Position numbers and translations under genes: made by a program. Below, one piece after another: positions 14,301 through 21,149 of a DNA stretch of 26,467 nucleotides (position 1 is the first letter of the stretch; the number at the start of each line of letters is the position of its first letter). Under the pieces are notes generated by a model. The model searched no databases. It saw only the letters and a list, made by a program, of their open reading frames with translations, and was not told the origin of the DNA. The stretch covers positions 1 to 26,467 of the forward strand of contig JBHHUC010000027.1 of NCBI GenBank assembly GCA_046861395.1, in the 5' to 3' direction. This stretch comes from Fidelibacterota bacterium (GTDB taxonomy: Bacteria; Fidelibacterota; Marinisomatia; Marinisomatales; JABMOV01).

Positions 14301-16421
14301 TTCTATCAGAATAAAAGATGTATCATAGGGAAAGAACGGCGGATCGTTGACCGGGGTTACGGTAACGGTTAACGACAGGTTGGCACTGGCACCCAGCGGA
14401 TCTGTGACCTGCAACGGGAATGTTTCGGAAAAACCACTTGAATCAGGATCGGTAAAAAAGGTGATACTATGGTCTGGCTCATTGTAAACGGCAACTATTC
14501 TGTTCCCTGCCGGTATGGTAAATACAAGTGTTTCATCCGGGTCACTGTCATCACTGACCATGAGATACAGATCCAGAGTGAGACTATCATCTTCCAGAAA
14601 ACTTGTATCCGCCGCTGAGGTCCACACCGGAGCAGCATTGGGAATGACTGACAGAATTGCCGTGGAATCACTTTCATTGCCGGCACCATCACGAGCGGTA
14701 ATAAAATAGTAATATGTCTGACCGTTGGTGACGGCCGAATCTGTGTAGGTTGTGTCGGGATGAAGAACCATGGAGGGAAGTGGCGCAAACGCATTGGGTG
14801 TCAGCCCCTTATAAATGACATAGCTGGCAATATCAAATTCGGAATTCCCGTTCCAGGATAAGATAACCTCCAGATTGCCGCCCTGAGCCTGAAAATTCGA
14901 CGGCGTGGCCGGTGGAATAGCGTCGGAGCATTCTGTCAAATACACGTCCGTGTCCAGCGTAACAATATCCGTTTCAACCGTGATGGGTAGCGATACTCCC
15001 GATAAATCCATCGTATAATCACAGGAATCCTGGCCCGAACTAGGTGAACCATTCATATCAATGAAAGCACCGACAATATACCCGCTGTCAGGAATGAGAT
15101 TGGCAAAGGAATACAGGTAGGTCTGATTCACATCCAGATTGACCGATACCGGTACTTTTTCCAGGTCCGGGGAATCCAGATCGGGATCCGATCCAGGAAA
15201 CCAGCAGGATAGGTACAGCATTCCGCTGATCGGTCGGGTGGCAATAATATTCCCCTGAATGGCTCCGTTCCCTGATTCGAATACACTGATGTAACCCTGG
15301 CTGTCATCACTGGATTGATTGCCAAATGAATCAATAGCCGTCACGCGAAACTGGGTGTATTCCAGGGGCCCCATCGGTGCCACAACGGGCTCCACGCCAT
15401 CGTTGGCAATCGGACCGGTTTGATCGGTGAAAAAGTCTCCGATCTGTGGCGACAATGATATATGAATGGGATAGGTATCGAATGATTCATCCCATGCCGA
15501 CCACTGCACATCTACCGGCGTCATTTCCAGAATGGCTTCACCGCCGTCGGGTGTCAGGAGATCCACGCTGGGATTAGTGGCATCCACGATGATCTGATCA
15601 CTAAGTCCTAGATACTGCGCCGTCGTATCCCCGGTTCCGGCATTTCCTATTCGGAAATATCCCTCACTGAAATCGGCACTTTTATTTCCGAAGGAATCTT
15701 TGGCGAATACTGCCAGACGGGCAAAACGGGTATCAATAACGGGTAGGAAAATTTGAGCGGTTCCCGTATTACTAGTGCTGTCCAGCAAAGGATTCACAAA
15801 ACCGCCAATTGTTTCCATCAGTCCAATATCAATGGGGTTGGAACTGAAACTTTCATCCTGAGCATTAAATAAAACGGTTATTTCCTCACCAGGAGTGAAG
15901 ACTTCGCCGCCGTCAGGAGAATTCAGCATGAGTAACGGATCATTGGCATCAACGGTTACCGGAGATGACATTCCGCTGAAGATGGAGGTTGTATCGATAC
16001 CACCTCCCGTAGTGCCAATGGAAATATATCCCAGGGACGCATCTTCAGCCACGTTGCCGAAGGCATCCATGATTTTGATTTTCATACGAAAATAATTGGT
16101 CGATACGGAAGGCGTTGTAAGATTAATGCTCCCCGAATTGGGCAGATTGGATGCCAGCAGAACAAACTCGCCGCCGATTTCAGTCGCATATTCGGCCGTA
16201 ACCGGATTATTTGCGAATCCTTCATCCCCGGCATTCCAGACACAGGTAATAACATCACCGTTCTGGTAAATTTCTCCGCCATCGGGTGCTGTCAGATCGA
16301 TCCAGGGATCATTGGCATCAACCGTAAAAACAGCCGATGTTCCGACAAAGACCGCCGATGAATCGGTCTGCGCCTGAGAGAAGGCAAACAACAATAATAA
16401 TATGGGTGAGACCCGTTTCAT
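11397..16421 (-). CDS. Giant secreted surface protein/adhesin: 3 Ig-like PDGGE repeats, FN3, 5 cadherin-like repeats, 2 Ig-like domains, SbsA-like Ig, dockerin-like, cohesin-like, Por/T9SS-type CTD (FlgD-Ig)
   Basis: Signal peptide MKRVSPILLLLFAFSQA|Q; FN3 PPATP...LSW...SYVIYKG...YTD...NGQTYYYFITARDGAGNES; repeated VNDPP...P.W; GDYDVNNQINFEDL; C-terminal YALRQNYPNPFNPVTTIDYDLP...IYDVLGKEI...WNGRNRDG..VSAGMY...KKLMLLK. Confidence 0.9.
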   Translation of the reverse strand: MKRVSPILLLLFAFSQAQTDSSAVFVGTSAVFTVDANDPWIDLTAPDGGEIYQNGDVITCVWNAGDEGFANNPVTAEYATEIGGEFVLLASNLPNSGSINLTTPSVSTNYFRMKIKIMDAFGNVAEDASLGYISIGTTGGGIDTTSIFSGMSSPVTVDANDPLLMLNSPDGGEVFTPGEEITVLFNAQDESFSSNPIDIGLMETIGGFVNPLLDSTSNTGTAQIFLPVIDTRFARLAVFAKDSFGNKSADFSEGYFRIGNAGTGDTTAQYLGLSDQIIVDATNPSVDLLTPDGGEAILEMTPVDVQWSAWDESFDTYPIHISLSPQIGDFFTDQTGPIANDGVEPVVAPMGPLEYTQFRVTAIDSFGNQSSDDSQGYISVFESGNGAIQGNIIATRPISGMLYLSCWFPGSDPDLDSPDLEKVPVSVNLDVNQTYLYSFANLIPDSGYIVGAFIDMNGSPSSGQDSCDYTMDLSGVSLPITVETDIVTLDTDVYLTECSDAIPPATPSNFQAQGGNLEVILSWNGNSEFDIASYVIYKGLTPNAFAPLPSMVLHPDTTYTDSAVTNGQTYYYFITARDGAGNESDSTAILSVIPNAAPVWTSAADTSFLEDDSLTLDLYLMVSDDSDPDETLVFTIPAGNRIVAVYNEPDHSITFFTDPDSSGFSETFPLQVTDPLGASANLSLTVTVTPVNDPPFFPYDTSFILIEENPFSFTGSAVDVDNPQLNYYYDIHPWWTNANGATISGTPDDFASDTIFRLVVDDGLISDSLTIPVHINYINDPPVIVSAAQDTAQEDEYYVYRGEVVDPDNSFHAWFFVDYPTWLTASADSLFGTPNEGDSDTSFTVYTHDGFLLDTLVVDLTVLSVNDPPVMTSAVDIYAMEDSPVGYRVTGFDPEGSMINWSFPVRPSWLTVVEADSLYGTPEEGDLDTVLFVTGSDGELSQTWQVTINITPVNDPPVITSGNLVEANSGQYFIYHGTAIDQEDSTLFWSADYLPSWCTLAGDSVFGVPEPFHTDTSFRIVVSDGELSDRQTIFIRMNQNNQLPEVHVVPLESEQHRDVIVQAWFLDANGDSLEITWEYMVDNLSWQPMYLSDMIGIPGLDTVTVIWDSQMDLGDSYSTEVFVRVTAFDGIGLNYMVTGPFILDNHVGNLTLALDPFEEMSQIVTIPVQIQDPTQDHYQLTFSWSYDQTVWNPLVPDEDISDIGSDQYTLDLRWNSETDLFNQDTIITIAAALQDQWEYGQGDTIQIHIDNEFLPHVIDTGDDPILWQSPIMITMSSVLDSLSVLTGVTVTGTRETYNTTVEWNRTNQSIEIAADSGWTAGDQIVVHLSPLLQDEAGNPFDGNLNDDPDGVQDTLNLVYTVRFLGDYDVNNQINFEDLLVFRDIWMQDTVLPEQEVGPVTGTVPYFHVKPDVRFDFEDLMVFAQMWNWTLDNGNLVVARGSTIENDDYLSVSVTYPDRKPGEPDNRFILTVALTDSSLDAGAFALSLHYKPEELQVESIQSALEPQWLFLKKDIQETGHVIIQSAAATDDEHLVTALARITFERLQGEHSTINLFGDLRDGANTASLQTYAYYTVKTKRPVPATYALRQNYPNPFNPVTTIDYDLPEDTRVTIIIYDVLGKEIVRLVDREEVAGFHSIKWNGRNRDGSPVSAGMYLMSLRTPSYSAIKKLMLLK
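13305..14640 (-). repeat. Five tandem cadherin-like/He_PIG Ig repeats (~88-97 aa) in the giant protein
   Basis: Units start NAAP/NDPP and carry E(D/E), DPD/DVD/DPE/DQE, P.W...GTP and V.DG motifs; boundaries approximate. Confidence 0.8.
15279..16364 (-). repeat. Three tandem ~122-aa Ig-like repeats at the N-terminus of the giant protein
   Basis: Each reads D(S/T)(S/T)....G.S....VDA.(D/N)P...L..PDGGE...(W/F).A.DE.F...P...D(A/S)FGN...D.S.GY(I/F); starts at 16364, 15995 and 15629. Confidence 0.88.
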
Positions 16422-16424
16422 GAA

Positions 16425-17618
16425 TTACTGCCGGGTTTTCCTTTTACTCGCCTTATTCTGTTTTAATAAATATTTCGCCCGTGCGGTGCTAATGTCACGG
16501 ACACAGCGGAAACCCTTATCACGTCTCGAATAATTTGGCTGCTCAGACCATCGTCTATAGGATTGAATATCCCACTGGTTATGGTTGAAGGCACCGGACC
16601 GCCAGATTCGTCTGGAAGGTTCGTTTTGATCCCATGTAACTGTCCATTCCTTGACATTCCCGGCCATATCATAAGCGCCAAAAGGGGAAGGACTGTCCGT
16701 AGTTTGAAATCCATTATAATTCTGACCATTGTAAAATCCCACGGGTGTCGTGGCAAAGATGTCCCAGTTATCACCGCCCTCCCACGGGTCACCACTGTAT
16801 CGATAGTTGGCATTACTACTATCAATCACGTCCCCCCAGGGATATTCCCAGCCGGTCGTATCGCGGGCTGCCTTTTCCCATTCTTCTTCCGTCGGCAATC
16901 GCAAACCGTAATAGGATGCAAATTTATAGGCTCCAAACCAGGTTACTCCCGTTACCGGATGATTACCGTATCCTTCGTCGACAATGAAAGTTGTTCCATT
17001 CCAGTGGATCCGGCTTTCCCAACGGTAATGAAGGGAATAGTTTCCTGGGCCATAATGTTCATCACCGGCATAAAAACCCTGGACTTCATCCCCCCCATTC
17101 ATCCAGACAACACCGGCATCAAGGGCATCAATCAAAAAAGCGGCATATTCGGCATTGGTTACTTCAAATTGCATGATTTCATAATCGTAGGAAATATTGC
17201 GAATTTCATCATTATTACCGTAGGTAAAATTCCCGGCGGGAACGACGACGAAGGAAAAAGGTACATCTATAAAACGACCGGTGGCGATAACCTGAATAAC
17301 GGTTTGGTCACTATACATTCCCCCATATTCCGATCCCAGAAACCATTCGATATGTTTACCCGGTCCGGCGACAATCCCATCGCCAATGTCACCGGTTGCG
17401 TGTGAGGTATTTGTAAAGGAAACACCACCGTCAAAACTGATTTCCAGTGATACGGAAAAGGTGGTAAAAGTAATATCTTCACCCAGATCGTAATATATAT
17501 CCACAATCTTGGATCCATCGGTGCGCTGGGCGGCAGTTACATTTGTCACCGAAGCAGTCTGGGCGGATAAAAGTGCAACGCTAATCAATGCTAATAGAAT
17601 TCGGGTCATGATCTTCAT
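16425..17618 (-). CDS. Secreted FGE-sulfatase (SUMF1-like, C-type lectin fold) protein with N-terminal Ig-like domain; probably non-catalytic
   Basis: Signal peptide ...LLSA|Q; VTNVTAAQRTDGSKIVDIYYDL domain; FVVVPAGNF, EVTNAEY, HPVTGVTW, RLPTEEEWEKAAR, YPWG, FGAYDMAGNVKEW, GFRCVR. The FGE catalytic Cys pair after the RGG(S)-like motif is absent. Confidence 0.9.
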   Translation of the reverse strand: MKIMTRILLALISVALLSAQTASVTNVTAAQRTDGSKIVDIYYDLGEDITFTTFSVSLEISFDGGVSFTNTSHATGDIGDGIVAGPGKHIEWFLGSEYGGMYSDQTVIQVIATGRFIDVPFSFVVVPAGNFTYGNNDEIRNISYDYEIMQFEVTNAEYAAFLIDALDAGVVWMNGGDEVQGFYAGDEHYGPGNYSLHYRWESRIHWNGTTFIVDEGYGNHPVTGVTWFGAYKFASYYGLRLPTEEEWEKAARDTTGWEYPWGDVIDSSNANYRYSGDPWEGGDNWDIFATTPVGFYNGQNYNGFQTTDSPSPFGAYDMAGNVKEWTVTWDQNEPSRRIWRSGAFNHNQWDIQSYRRWSEQPNYSRRDKGFRCVRDISTARAKYLLKQNKASKRKTRQ

Positions 17619-17640
17619 AATATTTCCCGTGTTAATGTGT

Positions 17641-18567
17641 TCATGGTTGCCAAATGGATATGGTACTGTTCTGGATCAACAACAGTTGATCTTGATTCAA
17701 GGTGTTTCGCAGGGCCGATTCAGGTAATATTTCCACTTCACTAATTCCGGAAGTACCGATATGTTTCAGGATTATACGGACGACTTCGCCGGATCCGCTG
17801 ATACCGTTTCCCACCCCGGAGGTCAGCGCAATATTGATGGAAAACAGACCATTCGTACTGTCCATATCAACCAAGGTAAAATCGGTTACATTGTCCGCCA
17901 GATTTTGCAGTAGGAAGCTGCCGGAATCAGCTTGGAGCAGATATTGCTGCAATACAAATTGTTGAGGGTCAAAGTGTATCCTGGCATAGATGCCCATTAA
18001 ATCGACTACATCAATGGCATTCAGAGATAACGCTATGACCTGATTCACATTCATATTTGCATTACCAGGCGATAGGATCAGGCCAGGACCCTGTAGCGCA
18101 TCTACTGAAAAACGACGATAGGGCCAGGAATTTTCCTGAAATCCGGTGGGATAGGAAGCCCGGACCTCAAACCAGTATTCTCTGTCTTCCAATCCGCTCA
18201 GGGTGAAGGTATGGATACCGGTTGTGGTATCAAACGTCCAATAGGGCAGGGAATCAGCTAAAACATCAAACCCGTCAACAGGATTGGACCAGGCACTGGA
18301 ATTAATCCGATAGGAATAGGCAACCCCGGCGGCGATCTGGTATCCTGCGGAATCTGACGGCCAGTAATTCGAGTGGGCATGACGCCACTGGAATGTCGTT
18401 TCAGTTTGATTAATGGTGGAGCCAGTAGCCGGGCCGGCAAGGATTTCCGTCTGTGGTGGTTGAAACAACGGATCTTCTGGGTCAAAGGGATTTTCAATGG
18501 TCCCGAATATTTCAAATGAATTACATCCTGCACCATAGGCGATTAACAGGATGACTATCCATTTCAT
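17641..18567 (-). CDS. Lipoprotein with Ig/FN3-like domain and C-terminal cohesin-like domain (alternative start 18594)
   Basis: MKWIVILLIAYGAG|C lipobox then NPFDP; C-terminal VIALSLNAIDVVDLMGIYARIHFDP..F.L...ISGSGEVVRIILK...SEVEI...LRN is cohesin-like. Confidence 0.75.
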   Translation of the reverse strand: MKWIVILLIAYGAGCNSFEIFGTIENPFDPEDPLFQPPQTEILAGPATGSTINQTETTFQWRHAHSNYWPSDSAGYQIAAGVAYSYRINSSAWSNPVDGFDVLADSLPYWTFDTTTGIHTFTLSGLEDREYWFEVRASYPTGFQENSWPYRRFSVDALQGPGLILSPGNANMNVNQVIALSLNAIDVVDLMGIYARIHFDPQQFVLQQYLLQADSGSFLLQNLADNVTDFTLVDMDSTNGLFSINIALTSGVGNGISGSGEVVRIILKHIGTSGISEVEILPESALRNTLNQDQLLLIQNSTISIWQP

Positions 18568-18601
18568 ATTGAAAATTCTCGGTTCCCCTTTCATAATGTA
18601 T

Positions 18602-18644
18602 AAAATACTTATGATATTGAATTTATAGCGTGATGCTTCTCACA
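18602..18644 (-). promoter_or_regulatory. CRP-like box with class II promoter geometry
   Basis: Minus strand AATTGTGA-GAAGCA-TCACG (core 18644-18629), then 21 nt, then TATTTT (18607-18602, TAnnnT), placing the box centre at -41.5 for a TSS at 18595. Confidence 0.65.
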
Positions 18645-18645
18645 A

Positions 18646-21141
18646 TTATTTGGCGGTCAGGGTCCAGGTTCCATCCCAGTCATCTCCGGGTGGATTTTCC
18701 TTCAGATGCTCACAGCGGGTAATATACACCGTGGAAGGATTCAGGCTGCGGCCCGGGAACATGTCTTCCAGTTTTTCCGCTTTCCTGAACAGCTTCAGTG
18801 CCTCATCCCAGCGTTGGGCGAAGTAATGTTCCTGACCGGCATGGAAAATATCCAACAGTTCCTGATTCTGTTCCGAAAGTTTCCCCTTCTCCGCCAATAA
18901 TTCATATGTTTTCACCGGAATGGTTTTCCCCTTTACGCGAACGTTATCCAGAAAACGATATTCAAGCTGGTCTTTGGTGGCTTCATAGATTTTTTCTGCT
19001 ACCTGGATATAGACGCCATATTGTTTGGCGGAGGATTCAAGTCGGGCGGCCAGATTGACGGTATCACCCATCATCGTATAATTCATCCGCATTTCTGAAC
19101 CCATGTTCCCCGTTACCATTTGTCCGGCATTCAGACCGATGCGATGCTGCATGGCATATACGATATCGGGCCAGTCTCCTTCACTGCGCCATCTTTCCCG
19201 CAGTTCGCCCAGCTTTTCATTCATTTTAAGGGCCGCCATGCAGGTGAGGTATTCCTGATCTTCCACCGGCATGGGCGCCCCCCAGAAAGCCACGATAGCA
19301 TCACCGATATATTTATCCAATGTCCCCCTGTGATCCAGTAGAATTGTGGTCATTTCGGTCAAATACTGGTTCATCAGACTAACCATCTTTTCCGGCTCCA
19401 AGACCTCCGAGAAGGAGGAAAAACTCTGAATATCAGAGAAAAAGGCAGTATGATACCCTGATTCGCCTCCCAACTTCGGCTGTTGTTTTTGTTCGTACAT
19501 CTGATCTATCAAATCGGGGGAAATGTAGGTACCAAAGGTAGATTTCAAGAATTTCTTATCCCGTTGTTCCACAATAAACTTGTAAATCACATTGGAGGTA
19601 TACGTGAACAGAATACCCGCAATGGGAGCGACAATGGGAATCATGATACCTTCCCCGGGCGCAGGTAAGGCCGAATAAAAGAGATCACCATGACTGATAA
19701 CGAATTTTTCAGGAAACAATCCCCGACCGATATACCGTAACGTCCAGAACAGATCATTGGTAAACAGGCCGCAAGCCACGCCGAAATACACGATTCCCTC
19801 GAAGAAAACCAAGATTCCCGCCCAGACCGGATTCATATATGATAACATGACAAAGGCCAGTAAACAAAGCAATCCGGTTAAAAGACTGTGGGACAACAAA
19901 ATCGAGAACGTATTCGTGTCGAGGCGGAGGTCGGTTAACCGGGTACCAAACACATTGATAAAATTGTTATGCAAGATCGTTTGAATGGCATTGGCGTGGG
20001 TTTCCACTCCTGGCGTTAATTGCTGCAAACCAAAATAATTGTAGAATGGTGTAGATTTTGTATCATGCAAAACTTCCACTGCCACACCGATCAGGACAAT
20101 TTTATTATAAAATGGAGATGCGGTAATATCGAAATCAGCGCCCAGCCCCATCATGGCAATCATCTCCTGCCGCTCATCCGGGTCGGGAATCGCTTCAATC
20201 CATTCGGGAATGGATCCAGGAATAAACTGACTCATCCAGTCAATATCCTCTTCCGGATTGCTCAGTTCAACTTCATCGGTATCAATGATATATGCCAGGG
20301 AATAGCGGGGAAAAGTTCCCCACGGTGGGAAATTCTGTGTTGAAGGAATTTTATATCCTGATGGCGGACCGTAATAATTCACTAAAAAACTATTGGTCGC
20401 ACCATAGGCTTGAATGTGCAAGGGTCCGTAAGTCCAGATCAGCGTTTCTGGCTCAAACCGGGGAATCAGGGTGTCCGGTAAATCCAGGAAAGCCTTGGCC
20501 GATTCCATGGCAATCGTCATGAGTGCTTTATCCGGTTGATGATCCAAGGCTGTAAATATTTGATACTGGCGTGAAAATAAATCCACATCAAGTAGATCAT
20601 TAATCACGCCAATTTCCGGATCAACCTGCATAATGGCATCAGAGGGATTGGCCAGATATTGTGGTGGGATCCGTGTGGCCTCCTTGGCCACTTTGGCCGA
20701 TAGAATAACCGTAGTGCCCCGCTCACGAGCCTCAGTAATAGCCCGAGCGATGGCTTCATCCCCATCCTTGGGCGAATCAAACTGGATATCGAAAGCAATC
20801 ACTTTCGCCCCTGCTTTGGACAAGTGTTCGATAGTTTTGGCCCAAACGACCCTGGGATATGGCCATTCGTTCCATTTGGGATTTTCAGATGGCATTAACC
20901 GATAGGCTTCATCATCAACCTCAACCAGAACCACATCCATTCCCCGCTTTAGATAAGTCGAATCCGCTGCGCGCCAACCTGTCAGGGGACCACGGACGCT
21001 GTGAAACCTGAAATCATAGGTTTTCAGTTCCGTAACATCGAAGAGCCCTATCCAATGCAGCAGAGCCGTAGCCAGAATCGACCCTAGGGTAAGCAGCAGA
21101 GCCACACCATGAGATTTAAAATATTTTCTTACTTTTTCCAA
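18646..21141 (-). CDS. CHASE2-domain membrane class III adenylate cyclase
   Basis: N-terminal TM, CHASE2 (ELKTYDFRF..RGP, VVLVEVDD, WPYPR..WA, GAKVIAFDI.F, KIVLIG, PGVETHANAI), TM helices, cyclase FSDIQSFS, DKYIGDAI (Lys, ATP-specifying), YTMMGDTVNLAARLE, VKGK, TPR-like tail ...WDG.W.LTAK. Confidence 0.95.
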   Translation of the reverse strand: MEKVRKYFKSHGVALLLTLGSILATALLHWIGLFDVTELKTYDFRFHSVRGPLTGWRAADSTYLKRGMDVVLVEVDDEAYRLMPSENPKWNEWPYPRVVWAKTIEHLSKAGAKVIAFDIQFDSPKDGDEAIARAITEARERGTTVILSAKVAKEATRIPPQYLANPSDAIMQVDPEIGVINDLLDVDLFSRQYQIFTALDHQPDKALMTIAMESAKAFLDLPDTLIPRFEPETLIWTYGPLHIQAYGATNSFLVNYYGPPSGYKIPSTQNFPPWGTFPRYSLAYIIDTDEVELSNPEEDIDWMSQFIPGSIPEWIEAIPDPDERQEMIAMMGLGADFDITASPFYNKIVLIGVAVEVLHDTKSTPFYNYFGLQQLTPGVETHANAIQTILHNNFINVFGTRLTDLRLDTNTFSILLSHSLLTGLLCLLAFVMLSYMNPVWAGILVFFEGIVYFGVACGLFTNDLFWTLRYIGRGLFPEKFVISHGDLFYSALPAPGEGIMIPIVAPIAGILFTYTSNVIYKFIVEQRDKKFLKSTFGTYISPDLIDQMYEQKQQPKLGGESGYHTAFFSDIQSFSSFSEVLEPEKMVSLMNQYLTEMTTILLDHRGTLDKYIGDAIVAFWGAPMPVEDQEYLTCMAALKMNEKLGELRERWRSEGDWPDIVYAMQHRIGLNAGQMVTGNMGSEMRMNYTMMGDTVNLAARLESSAKQYGVYIQVAEKIYEATKDQLEYRFLDNVRVKGKTIPVKTYELLAEKGKLSEQNQELLDIFHAGQEHYFAQRWDEALKLFRKAEKLEDMFPGRSLNPSTVYITRCEHLKENPPGDDWDGTWTLTAK

Positions 21142-21149
21142 TTATCCCA

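Noticed and set aside
13305..16364. CRISPR array or mobile-element repeats
   Set aside because: Repeats are diverged in-frame protein domain repeats; no identical spaced DNA repeats, transposase or integrase seen anywhere in the window.
16495..16620. Diversity-generating retroelement variable region in the FGE/CLec protein
   Set aside because: No reverse transcriptase or template repeat in the window, and many codons at would-be variable positions end in G (CAG, TGG, GAG, TCG, AAG), unlike AAY-derived NNY codons. A remote DGR cannot be fully excluded.
16563..17405. 280-aa plus-strand ORF
   Set aside because: Lies wholly antisense to the well-supported FGE-domain gene and has no recognisable motifs; shadow ORF.
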